From Verrucomicrobiota bacterium (GTDB taxonomy: Bacteria > Verrucomicrobiota > Verrucomicrobiia > Limisphaerales > CANJXF01): 64,000 nt of DNA. A program made the position numbers and the translations under genes. The DNA lies in the NCBI GenBank assembly GCA_038214755.1, contig JBBQRQ010000006.1, positions 26,142-90,141 of the forward strand, in the 5' to 3' direction. This document shows, piece after piece, positions 46,098-55,158 of this stretch (positions are counted from its first letter, which is position 1; every line of letters starts with the position of its first letter). The notes beneath the pieces are model-generated. The model was not told the DNA's origin and did not search any database. It saw nothing but the letters and a program-made list of their open reading frames with translations.

Positions 46098-48941
46098 TCA
46101 ATCGTCAATCGTCAATCGTAAATCCTGCCCACCTGCCGCCCAGGCGATTCCGCGCAAAATCAAAATTCGATAAAACGGATCTTCCTGCGTCCAGGTGTAG
46201 TGGCCAATCACACTGCCGAACACGCGGCCTTTTCCTTTCTCAAATGTCCAGACCTGCGGCCAATCCGCGCCTTCCATGGTCACCGTCGCGATCACGTTCA
46301 CTTTATTGGTGTCGCCGATGAGCGGCCAATATGGTTCGTCCAGAAAATGAATTTGTTTTGGAAAATTTTCGGCGATGGGATTTTTCGCTTCCGAAAATTT
46401 CAAATCCAACGGCGTGTGCAAATATTTCGACCGTTTGGATTGCGAGGCCAAACCGATGGTCTGGGACAAACGCTCGGGATCATTGTCGGAAATCGTCGCG
46501 GAATGGAGCACGACGACTCCACCGCCGCGCTCCAAAAAGTCATCGAGTTGTTTCAATCGTTCTGCGCTCCAGTTGTGGTTCCAAAAATAAAAAACAATGA
46601 CGTTCGCCTCGGCAAATTGTTTTTCGTCCATCCACTCCCAGGCATTCGTCGCAACAACTTCCGGCGATTTATTCAAAAGCGAAATCCACACCTTCTGCGC
46701 AGCGGGATAATCGTGCTCGCCCGGCCCGTGATCTTGTTTGCTCGCGACCCAAATTATTTTTAAATTATGGGAACTTCGGGCGGAGTGCGGACGTTCTCCT
46801 CCGTGCGTTTCCGATTGCGCAGACGCGCGGAGGAGAACGTCCGCGCTTCCACGCCAGACGCGCTCGACCGCTGCGCGTGTTCGCTTCGGCGGCTCGGAGG
46901 ATAAAAACGTCAGCAGATCGCGAATCTCACTTTCCTTCAATCCATCCAACAGACCCGTCGGCATCAGCGAAACCGCGCTGGCGCGAAGTTCCTTCACATT
47001 CGTTTGCGCGACGACCGTTTCTTTTCCATCAACGCCAAGCACCGTCAGCGAATCTTCTTTTTGCGCGCGAACGAAGCCGGTGACTGCCTCGTCGTCCTTG
47101 AGGAAAACATTGAACGCGACGTAATCGGGATGGATCGTCGCGCTCGGCTCCTTGATGTCGCGCAAAATGGAACCGACATCGCGACTCGCGAGATTGCTCA
47201 AGTCTGGCGCGATCAATTTTCCTTCACCGCGAATCATGTGGCAGGACGCGCACTTCAATTTGTCGCCGAAGAACAAATGTTTCCCGCGCTGGAAATCGCC
47301 GCCGACGATTGCAGGATTTTCTTTCGGCAAAATGGAAAACGGTTCATGCGGAGGCAACCACGCGGGACGAACCTCTTTGACCAACTCGACTTGGGTCGAA
47401 TCGGATTTTTTCGACACGACACTTTGCACCCCGCGCAAATCGTAATCGACATCAATGGTCGCGCCGCCGCCCTGCTCTCCTTTTGCTTTCACGTTCGAAA
47501 TCGGAAAAGCGTATTTTGTCGCGAGCGGATGTGGCGCAGTAGAGAGAACAAGTATTTTCTGATTGTTTTCCAACTTCGCAGAAAAGATTTTCAATTTTCC
47601 GCGCGGCACTTGCGCCTGAAGTCCGACAACTTTGTAAGGAGGTTTCAAAACTTCGTAGCGGTCCGCCGCAGAAACATATTCGCCAAACTCAATTTCTTTT
47701 CCGGCGAGTTCCTTCGTTATCGCCGAATCCACGGGCCGGTCAAACGCCACGCGGACTTCGCTTTGCCCAAAGGCCCAGGTTGTCACGGGTTGCGGCGCGG
47801 TTTTGTCCGTGTAGGAAATTTTGAAAATTTTTCCTTCACCCTTCGGGCCGGTACCCCAATCCGGTTTGCCGCTATGACAACAAACGTACAAATCGCCCTT
47901 CGGAGAAATGGCGACATCCATCGTGAGCATCGAGAGTCGGGCGATTAAAAATTCTTTGCCGATGTAGCCGTTTGGAGTTTTCACCAGTTTCACGCGCCAG
48001 ATTTTTCCGCGCGATTCTCCCGCGACAAAGGCATCGTCTTCCCACCATTTTGGCCCGAACAAACCGCGACCAGGCTGGCTCTTAGTTTTTGCTTCAGGCT
48101 CGTTGAAAACCAATCCGCACGTCGATTGATGTTGCGGACCGAAGGCGACGACGGGCGGTTCGCTCACCAAATTAGGCAGCCATTTTTCGTCGCGGGGCGG
48201 GAACCCATAATTTTTTCCGAGGACGATGTGGTTCAATTCGTCGAGGGGATTTCCGTTGGGGCACCAGGTCTCGCCTTCCTGATCGGTGTTGAATAAATCG
48301 CCGGCTCTATTAAATGCCAGCGAGTAGGGAACGCGAATGCCGGTGGCGACAGCCTCGAGCTTTTTCGTTTTCGCATTCCACTTTTGAATCGTGCCGCGCA
48401 TCCCGTTTGTGTCGTAACGCGAGACGCCATCCTTCACCCGATACGGATTGGAATAATCCGCCGTAAGCAAACCGAAATAAATATTCCCCTCGTTGTCGAG
48501 CGTGACCGCCGACGCGTCCACGCCGCCTGAGCCAACATCCGTGGGCGGCCAACCGCTGGCGATAATTTCTTCTTCATCGGCTTTGCCATCGCCGTCGGTG
48601 TCGCGCAACAATGAAACTTTTCCGTGAGACGAAACGTAGAGTCCGTTCGTTGACCACGCCATTCCCACGGGAACCGTGATGGTGGTTTTGTCCCAAAAAA
48701 GTTTGTCGGAATCTTCGAGGCCATCGCCATCCGTGTCGCGCAAAAGATGAACGCGCCCATCGTAACCGAGCGAAGTGAGCGTTCCATCCGGGGCAAATCG
48801 CAGGTTGTTCTGATTGGAAATTTTCAGAGGCAATTCCTGAACGGTGAATCCCGGCACGAGCATTTTGACAAGGGGTTCATCGGCCACGCACGTCATGGAA
48901 AATAAAGTCCAGGCGAGACGAAAAAAGAAATGGGGGCGCAT
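46098..48941 (-). CDS. PVC-type beta-propeller + cytochrome c + ThuA-like domain protein
   Basis: DTDGDG repeats, CASCH heme motif, SLMPTGL, C-terminal DHGPGEHDY...GRVFGSVIGH; ATG at 48941 preferred. Confidence 0.85.
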   Translation of the reverse strand: MRPHFFFRLAWTLFSMTCVADEPLVKMLVPGFTVQELPLKISNQNNLRFAPDGTLTSLGYDGRVHLLRDTDGDGLEDSDKLFWDKTTITVPVGMAWSTNGLYVSSHGKVSLLRDTDGDGKADEEEIIASGWPPTDVGSGGVDASAVTLDNEGNIYFGLLTADYSNPYRVKDGVSRYDTNGMRGTIQKWNAKTKKLEAVATGIRVPYSLAFNRAGDLFNTDQEGETWCPNGNPLDELNHIVLGKNYGFPPRDEKWLPNLVSEPPVVAFGPQHQSTCGLVFNEPEAKTKSQPGRGLFGPKWWEDDAFVAGESRGKIWRVKLVKTPNGYIGKEFLIARLSMLTMDVAISPKGDLYVCCHSGKPDWGTGPKGEGKIFKISYTDKTAPQPVTTWAFGQSEVRVAFDRPVDSAITKELAGKEIEFGEYVSAADRYEVLKPPYKVVGLQAQVPRGKLKIFSAKLENNQKILVLSTAPHPLATKYAFPISNVKAKGEQGGGATIDVDYDLRGVQSVVSKKSDSTQVELVKEVRPAWLPPHEPFSILPKENPAIVGGDFQRGKHLFFGDKLKCASCHMIRGEGKLIAPDLSNLASRDVGSILRDIKEPSATIHPDYVAFNVFLKDDEAVTGFVRAQKEDSLTVLGVDGKETVVAQTNVKELRASAVSLMPTGLLDGLKESEIRDLLTFLSSEPPKRTRAAVERVWRGSADVLLRASAQSETHGGERPHSARSSHNLKIIWVASKQDHGPGEHDYPAAQKVWISLLNKSPEVVATNAWEWMDEKQFAEANVIVFYFWNHNWSAERLKQLDDFLERGGGVVVLHSATISDNDPERLSQTIGLASQSKRSKYLHTPLDLKFSEAKNPIAENFPKQIHFLDEPYWPLIGDTNKVNVIATVTMEGADWPQVWTFEKGKGRVFGSVIGHYTWTQEDPFYRILILRGIAWAAGGQDLRLTIDD

Positions 48942-49233
48942 GATGTTACCGCGAAAATTAAATCCGTCGAATGCAGCACTGCAAGCTTGAAGCAAAGTGG
49001 TAGCCGCCGAGGTGAGGGGGCGGTTTGGATTACCACGAAAAATCAGGCCGCTTATGAATGAACCGTCGAAAAATCCGCAAGGTCTTGGACTGCGCCAGTC
49101 CTCTGTCGCTTTGGATTGCCGGGACGTTCCAAAGCGCCAGAGGACTGGCGCACTCCAAGACGCTCCGCGCACAATTTAGGTTCCTGGTCACAGTGCCCGA
49201 TGGCAGATCGCAAAATTCTTTTCCCGTCAGCGG

Positions 49234-49629
49234 CTACAACTTGACCAGCGGATTTTTCCAGATGGGGACAACGCGTTTCATTTCGTCGATCAACCATTGG
49301 CAGGAGGCGAACGCTTCGCCCCGATGAGGCGCGGTGATTTCCGCCCAGAGTGATAGCTCGCCCACTTTCACAACGCCGATGCGATGAACGAGACGAACCG
49401 ATTCAATGGGCCAGCGTTTTTCCATTTCGTCGAAGAGCAAGTTGAACTGGTGCTCGGCCATTTTTTGAAACGTTTCGTATTCGATTGCGGAAATTTTTCC
49501 CGCGCCTTCGCTCTCGCGCACGACGCCGAGAAAATAAATCGCCGCGCCCATGCCGGAGGACATTTTGCGCTGTGCGAGCAAAGCAGCTTCGTTGATCGAT
49601 TCGCCTGTAATGGTGAGTTCGCGCGTCAT
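49234..49629 (-). CDS. moaE: Molybdopterin synthase catalytic subunit
   Basis: FLGVVRE, HRIGVVKVGE, PHRGEAF, MKRVVPIWK. Confidence 0.92.
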   Translation of the reverse strand: MTRELTITGESINEAALLAQRKMSSGMGAAIYFLGVVRESEGAGKISAIEYETFQKMAEHQFNLLFDEMEKRWPIESVRLVHRIGVVKVGELSLWAEITAPHRGEAFASCQWLIDEMKRVVPIWKNPLVKL

Positions 49630-49706
49630 GGAGACCTGAAGCGTAAAACGTGAAACGTGATGTGCCGTTCCGCGCGTAAATCGTAAATCGCAAATCGTAA
49701 ATTCAT

Positions 49707-49952
49707 TCAGCCTCCTTGCACGGGCGGAAACAGCGACACTTCATCGCCGTTTTTCAGGACGTAATCCCACGTTTGATACTCCACTCCGACCGCGACCAGC
49801 GTCGATTTTTTCATCGCATTGAGCTTCGGAAATTTTTGCGAAAGCTGGCGAAACAAATCGGCAATCGTCGCGCCGTCCGAAAGTTCCTCGCGCGTCTCGG
49901 CGCAGCCAGTCAGTTCCTTGAAATAGGAATAAAAATGGACGCTGATTTGCAT
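49707..49952 (-). CDS. moaD: Molybdopterin synthase sulfur carrier
   Basis: GDEVSLFPPVQGG C-terminus. Confidence 0.93.
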   Translation of the reverse strand: MQISVHFYSYFKELTGCAETREELSDGATIADLFRQLSQKFPKLNAMKKSTLVAVGVEYQTWDYVLKNGDEVSLFPPVQGG

Positions 49953-49998
49953 GGGGAATTGAAACGTGAAACGTAAAACGCGATTCTCTTTTTACGCC

Positions 49999-50607
49999 TT
50001 ACGTTTCACGCTTCACGCTATACATCTCCGGTTTCAACACGCCGACAAAAGGCAGATTCCGATAGCGCTCCGCATAATCCAAACCGTAACCGACAACAAA
50101 TTGATTCGGAATTTTGAAGCCAACGTAATCGCCCTCCACCTTTTCTACGCGGCGTTCCGGTTTGTCGAGCAACACGCAGGTTTTGATTTCGCGCGGTTTT
50201 AGTTTTCGCAACTTCGCCAGCACGCGATGCAGCGTGCGGCCGGTATCGAGAATGTCGTCCACCAGCAGCACGTCACGACCGCGAACATCAAGGCGCAATT
50301 CTTTGGTGAAAACCAGATCGCCGGATTCGGTGCCCGCGCCGTAGCTCGAAACGCCGATGAAATCCAGTCGCAGCGGCAAAGAAATGTTGCGAATCAAGTC
50401 CGCGAGAAACATCACCGTGCCGTTGAGCAGCGAGACGATGACCATTTCTTTTCCGATGTAATCCTTTTCAATTTGCTGCGCTAGAGTTTTGACGCGCTCT
50501 GCCAAATCCGCTTCTGTGATCAAAATGGTTTCCACTTCCTTACTCCAAGTGGCGGGAACACGGTTGGCTGCCTGTGGAGAAAGGTTAAGTGTTCGCATGC
50601 CGGACAT
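49999..50607 (-). CDS. hpt: Hypoxanthine phosphoribosyltransferase
   Basis: LLVDDILDTGRTL, LLDKPERR, FVVGYGLDYAERYRNLP; start uncertain (50598/50607). Confidence 0.95.
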   Translation of the reverse strand: MSGMRTLNLSPQAANRVPATWSKEVETILITEADLAERVKTLAQQIEKDYIGKEMVIVSLLNGTVMFLADLIRNISLPLRLDFIGVSSYGAGTESGDLVFTKELRLDVRGRDVLLVDDILDTGRTLHRVLAKLRKLKPREIKTCVLLDKPERRVEKVEGDYVGFKIPNQFVVGYGLDYAERYRNLPFVGVLKPEMYSVKRET

Positions 50608-50980
50608 GAGGATAGGAAAGAATTTTATGATCAACGGTAACTATTGGCGCATCAAGAATCCGCGCTGTCGCCACGATGATTTGGTCCGCTGGATCTTTAT
50701 GAAACGTGCCGGGAAGCTCGGCGGATTCGACGCAAATGCGAGGTGAAAGTTCGATCAATTGAATGCCTGGATAAGCCAATGATTGTCGAAGCCAATCGAA
50801 TACAGGACATGGGAGGGAGAGTCGTTGGCGTCTAACTAACTTGGAAATTTCCCAGCATGAAATAGCGCTAACTCCGATACCGGTTTCCTGTGAGGAATCA
50901 ATCAACGCGCGGTGCGACGCGGACAACTCCGAAGTGCCATGCACCCACCAGACCCAAATGTGAGTATCAAGGATTATCAC
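50585..50980 (-). CDS. vapC: PIN-domain VapC toxin
   Basis: ILDTHIWVWW, VSAISCWEI, FHKDPADQIIVATAR, VTVD; GTG at 50980. Confidence 0.92.
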   Translation of the reverse strand: MIILDTHIWVWWVHGTSELSASHRALIDSSQETGIGVSAISCWEISKLVRRQRLSLPCPVFDWLRQSLAYPGIQLIELSPRICVESAELPGTFHKDPADQIIVATARILDAPIVTVDHKILSYPHVRHANT

Positions 50981-51191
50981 CGTCCGCCTCCCAATCCATA
51001 TCCGCGACTGGCTCTGTCGGTGATTCCAAGAAAACAGGCGTGTCGCGCAACGGATAGCGCGAAGTCGAGAGCGACGGCGTGGGAAACGGCAAGACAATGA
51101 CTTCAACGGATTGTCCGCTCTGAAATGGCAAGTCGCGTAAAGTGATGACGCCATCGTCTGACACCACGGTTTCTGTGCGGTGGGCTTGCAT
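50967..51191 (-). CDS. AbrB-like antitoxin
   Basis: VSDDGVITLRDLPFQSGQSVEVIV...PTEPVADMDWE, overlapping vapC. Confidence 0.75.
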   Translation of the reverse strand: MQAHRTETVVSDDGVITLRDLPFQSGQSVEVIVLPFPTPSLSTSRYPLRDTPVFLESPTEPVADMDWEADGDNP

Positions 51192-51293
51192 GAAAAAAAG
51201 ATAAAGAGGGTTTTGTTTTTGGGCAAGAACGGAAGAGGGTATAAAAATATTAGCATGTTGAGAACAGCGGCGGGAAAAGTTAAAGTCGGTTAG

Positions 51294-51491
51294 ATGAGAA
51301 CCTTGAACGCGCATTTCGACGGGAAATTCGTCGTGCTGGATGAACCTGCCGAACTGAAGCCGAACGCAAAGGTCAAAGTCATCGCGCCCGACGCCGAGGA
51401 CGATGTGGTCCGCGATTTTGCGCGTTTGTCTGAACCCGCCTTTCAGAAAATTTGGGACAACCCGCTCGATGCCGATTACGACAAACTTTAG
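51294..51491 (+). CDS. Orphan antitoxin-like protein (AF2212/DUF104-like)
   Basis: AHFDGKFVVLDEP.ELKPNAKVKV N-terminus; acidic IWDNPLDADYDKL tail. Confidence 0.65.
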   Translation: MRTLNAHFDGKFVVLDEPAELKPNAKVKVIAPDAEDDVVRDFARLSEPAFQKIWDNPLDADYDKL

Positions 51492-51503
51492 TCGTCGCGT
51501 GGA

Positions 51504-51968
51504 TTACTGGGGGTAACGATCCGTCTTTGCTTCGCTCGTTAAAATTGCAGGTGCCCACACACGCCAAAGATTATAAACTCGTCGGTGATCCGACCATTGA
51601 TTAGAGCCAGAAAAATTTTCAGAAAGTCGCCCATTTCGAAAACGCAGACGCCCAATAGTTTTTCCGTCTTCTGCCAACGCGTCCCATTGATCGTTGTTCC
51701 CGCGAATAGAAAACAAACGGTCCCGGTTCGCGTGACCGGGAGAATAACGAAAGTAGCCGTCGTTTTTGATTTGGATGAACACCGGATAACCACAGAGGCA
51801 TCGGCCATCCTCATAGTAGCCGCTGCGCCCTGTGAAAGTAATCGCGGTGAATGCGAGCGGAATTAAAAACAAGGCCAGAACCAATCCGATCATCGTCAGA
51901 ATTACAATTCGAAAAATTTTCACAAAAGCTGTTTTTAACGACTCGTTAATTAAAAGGCAAAATATCAA
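51504..51968 (-). CDS. Hypothetical membrane-anchored protein
   Basis: One TM segment, CLCG; ATGA overlap with the dUTPase gene. Confidence 0.55.
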   Translation of the reverse strand: MIFCLLINESLKTAFVKIFRIVILTMIGLVLALFLIPLAFTAITFTGRSGYYEDGRCLCGYPVFIQIKNDGYFRYSPGHANRDRLFSIRGNNDQWDALAEDGKTIGRLRFRNGRLSENFSGSNQWSDHRRVYNLWRVWAPAILTSEAKTDRYPQ

Positions 51969-52345
51969 ATATGCTTTGAATCCTCATGATCTTTTTTCAC
52001 ATAACCGGATTCCTGACGCTGAAAATTCACTTCATTCTTTTTCGCGTAGGCATTGAAAACGTCATCCGCGCTCATGCCTAAAACTTGCGCCATGCTGATG
52101 AGAAAATGAAATAAATCCACGACTTCAACACGCGCATTTTGTTCGTCGAACTTTTGATATTTCGCCCACCATTTCCACGGGACGCTGTCGGTCAACTCGG
52201 CCATTTCCTGCGACATCGCGCGGCAATAATTTAAAATCCATTTCGTTTTTTCCTCTTCGGTCATGCTCTCGGTATGCACGCCGATGCGTTGGTTGAGGGA
52301 GTGTTGCATGCGAAAAAGTTCGCGAAGCTGGTCGGGTTTTTCCAT
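51965..52345 (-). CDS. All-alpha dimeric dUTPase-like NTP pyrophosphatase
   Basis: EMAELTDSVPWKWW, VEVVDLFHFLIS, KKNEVNFQRQESGY. Confidence 0.88.
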   Translation of the reverse strand: MEKPDQLRELFRMQHSLNQRIGVHTESMTEEEKTKWILNYCRAMSQEMAELTDSVPWKWWAKYQKFDEQNARVEVVDLFHFLISMAQVLGMSADDVFNAYAKKNEVNFQRQESGYVKKDHEDSKHI

Positions 52346-52359
52346 CGGGAAAAAGTAGG

Positions 52360-52557
52360 GTTCAAAGTTTAATGTTTAAAGTTCAAAGTTGGCCGTAGCG
52401 CAAGTTTGCAACCTGCCGTATCGCCGATTTGTAATCGGCATGGCCTCCCAATAGCGAGGCGTCTGCGGGTTGCAAACCCGCGATACTGCAGGTTGCAAAC
52501 CTGCGCTACCACGACCGGCAGACAACTTTGAACTTTGAACTTCAAACTTTGAACTTT
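52360..52557. repeat. Inverted heptamer arrays (AAAGTTC / GAACTTT) enclosing a REP
   Basis: Arrays at 52360-52390 and 52524-52557; REP at 52395-52509. Confidence 0.85.
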
Positions 52558-52568
52558 ATAAATATTTC

Positions 52569-53195
52569 ATGTTGCCGCGTTTTCTTGCTGATGGCGGGCC
52601 GATGATCTGGGTCATCCTGGCCACGAGCGCCGCGGGCGTCGCCGTGTTCATCGAACGAATGCTGCATTATCATCGCGCCCAAATTAACTCGACGGAATTT
52701 CTCAACGGAATTCGCAACGTGCTCAAACGCGATAATGTCGTCGAAGCCCTCGCCATTTGCGACGCCACGGCGGGGCCGATTCCGCGCCTCGTCAAAGTTG
52801 CTATTCTCAATCGCGACCGTGGACGCGACGGCGTGCGCGAAGCTCTGGAAGACGCGGGGTTTCTGGAAGTTCCTCGGCTCGAAGAAAAACTAAATTTGCT
52901 CGCGACCATTGCGCAGATCGCGCCGTTGATGGGATTGCTCGGAACCGCGATGGGGTTCATTCATATTTTCGGTGTGATTGAAGACGCCGGTTTGCAGGCG
53001 CACGTCGGCCAACTTTCACGCGGGATCTGGCAGGCGTTGATTTGCACGGCGGCGGGTTTGGCCGTGGCGATTCCGAGTTACGCCGCTTACAATTATCTGG
53101 TGAGCCGCGTCAACTCCATCGTTCTCGACATGGAACAAATCTCCACGGAAATTTTGAATCTCGTCACTGAGGCGAATCCACCGCGAGCGTCATGA
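52569..53195 (+). CDS. MotA/TolQ/ExbB proton channel protein
   Basis: LATIAQIAPLMGLLGT, GIWQALICTAAGLAVAIP. Confidence 0.92.
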   Translation: MLPRFLADGGPMIWVILATSAAGVAVFIERMLHYHRAQINSTEFLNGIRNVLKRDNVVEALAICDATAGPIPRLVKVAILNRDRGRDGVREALEDAGFLEVPRLEEKLNLLATIAQIAPLMGLLGTAMGFIHIFGVIEDAGLQAHVGQLSRGIWQALICTAAGLAVAIPSYAAYNYLVSRVNSIVLDMEQISTEILNLVTEANPPRAS

Positions 53196-53860
53196 GGTTC
53201 CCGCGTCACGCAAAAATTTTTCGCGGGCAACTCGACGCCGCGCCGCTCGCCGGGGTTTTTTTTCTGCTCGTGATTTTTCTCTTGTTGACCTCGCTCACTT
53301 ACACTACCGGCGTGCCGATCCAACTTTCATCAACTTTTGCGCCTCCGACAAAAAATATTTCGATCACGAAAGCCAACGAAATTGTTTTTGAAAACAAAAC
53401 TTACAAAACCAATTCGCTCGAACAACTCCGCGACGTTTTGAAAAATTTACCGAGGCAAACCACGCTGCTCGCGAAAGTCGATCCCGCGGCACGACGCGAT
53501 TTGGTGAATCAGTTGCGCGACATGTCAGACCTTTTAAATTTGCGCATGGAAAATCCGGGCGCCGGAATTCAACTTCCCCTCGCGCAAAATACGACGGGCG
53601 TGGAGGGGCCGACCGCGGTGGTGACCGTGAACATCGCCGGTCAGTTTTTTTTTGAGAACCAATTGATTGCCGAGAGGCCATTGGAAAGAAGACTGGCGGC
53701 GCTGGCCAAACAATCCCGAACGCCGCTGACGCTGATCGTGCGGGCGGACGATGGCGTCCGATATGGCGTCATTCACAAATTGACTCAACTGGCGGAGGAA
53801 GCTGGCATCACCAATGGTTTGTTGCAGAGCCGGCCCGCCGCGAAAAAAGCGCGCGAATGA
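53192..53860 (+). CDS. ExbD/TolR-family protein
   Basis: APLAGVFFLLVIFLLL, LIVRADDGVRYG. Confidence 0.82.
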   Translation: MRFPRHAKIFRGQLDAAPLAGVFFLLVIFLLLTSLTYTTGVPIQLSSTFAPPTKNISITKANEIVFENKTYKTNSLEQLRDVLKNLPRQTTLLAKVDPAARRDLVNQLRDMSDLLNLRMENPGAGIQLPLAQNTTGVEGPTAVVTVNIAGQFFFENQLIAERPLERRLAALAKQSRTPLTLIVRADDGVRYGVIHKLTQLAEEAGITNGLLQSRPAAKKARE

Positions 53861-54636
53861 ATCCGGGGATTCTTGAAGTCAGTTGGGGACTCCGGCGGTG
53901 GGCGGTCGCGGCGGGTTTGATTTTTCTCGGGCAACTTTTCCTCATTTATTTTTTGGCGGCAGGCCATCGTCATTTTGCGAGTCCTCCCCCGCCCCGCGCG
54001 TCCTTTCAATTTGCGGGCGAACCGCTTTCCGAATCTCAATTTTCAGAAACATTTTTACTGAGTGATCCGACTTTATTTGCTCTGCCGAACCGCCACGGAT
54101 TTTCGGGGCCAGCCTGGCTGAACGCCCCACCGCGCCAATATGATTTGGCCGAACAAACCGAATCCCCGTTTTGGTTGCCGTTGAATTCCGAGCAACTGGG
54201 AAATGTGATCAGCCGATTTGTTCTGACGAACGCGCTATCGTCGCTGCCGATTTCGGAAACTCCGCCACCGAAAATCCTGACTTCTCCCATTTTCGATTTT
54301 ACCAGTAACGCAAAATCCAATTCGACTCTGCGGCTCGAAGGCGAACTGGCTGCGCGCCGATTGCTCAACGTTCCCTTGCTGAGATGGTGGGCCACTAACG
54401 AAATTTTGAGCAACTCCGTCGCGCAAATTGCCGTCGATAAAAAGGGTTCGGTGATTTTGGCGCGGCTCATTTCACGCAGCGGATTTAGCGAAGCGGATCG
54501 TTCGGCGTTGGAGATCGCCCGTCTTCTTCAATTCACGCCGGGTGTTAACGAAATGGTTTGGGGCAATTTAATTTTCGATTGGCATACCGTTCCGATTGCG
54601 GCAACTAACAACACGACAAAAACAAACGCTCCTTAA
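53857..54636 (+). CDS. TonB-like protein
   Basis: N-terminal TM, Pro-rich segment, C-terminal VDKKGSV...SRSGFSEADRSAL. Confidence 0.65.
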   Translation: MNPGILEVSWGLRRWAVAAGLIFLGQLFLIYFLAAGHRHFASPPPPRASFQFAGEPLSESQFSETFLLSDPTLFALPNRHGFSGPAWLNAPPRQYDLAEQTESPFWLPLNSEQLGNVISRFVLTNALSSLPISETPPPKILTSPIFDFTSNAKSNSTLRLEGELAARRLLNVPLLRWWATNEILSNSVAQIAVDKKGSVILARLISRSGFSEADRSALEIARLLQFTPGVNEMVWGNLIFDWHTVPIAATNNTTKTNAP

Positions 54637-54657
54637 AATCCGGAGTTTTCATTAGAC

Positions 54658-54766
54658 GTAGCGCAACTTTGCCAGTTGCTGTATCGCCGGTTTGCCACCG
54701 GCAACGCGCTGGCGATGTCCAGCGGGTTGCCAACCCGCGATACGGCAGGTTGAAAACCTGCGCTAC
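54658..54766. repeat. REP-like element (GTAGCGCA family)
   Basis: GTAGCGCA...TGCGCTAC with internal GTATCGC/GCGATAC arms. Confidence 0.8.
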
Positions 54767-54795
54767 GACTTTAACCCAAAATCGGAGTTGAAATA

Positions 54796-55020
54796 ATGTC
54801 TGCCGACGCGCTGTTGTTCGTTTATGTGGTTTCGTTGCTGGCCATGATTTGCGTTGCCGCGATTTATTCGGATATTCGCAGCCGCCGATTCCGTCCCACG
54901 CGAAATCAGGACCAGGTTTTTCGTTGTGAGAAATGCGGCTTCGTTTACACGGACGATGCGGATGTCGCTCGTTCGCGGTGTTCCCAATGCGGGGCGATGA
55001 ATGACGCGATTGAATTTTAA
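54796..55020 (+). CDS. Small membrane-anchored zinc-ribbon protein
   Basis: TM helix then CEKC...CSQC. Confidence 0.7.
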   Translation: MSADALLFVYVVSLLAMICVAAIYSDIRSRRFRPTRNQDQVFRCEKCGFVYTDDADVARSRCSQCGAMNDAIEF

Positions 55021-55030
55021 ATCAAAATCT

Positions 55031-55146
55031 TGTAGCGGCGGTCTGTGACGGCCGCTAATTTTATTTCAACAATTTCCGGCGGTCACAGACACGCCGCTAC
55101 AATATTTAACAAATAAATTTCCGGCGGTCATAGACGCGCCGCTACA
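55031..55146. repeat. REP triplet
   Basis: TGTAGCGGCGGTCTGTGAC followed by two tandem inverse copies ending GCCGCTACAA. Confidence 0.8.
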
Positions 55147-55158
55147 ACAAAAAATATT

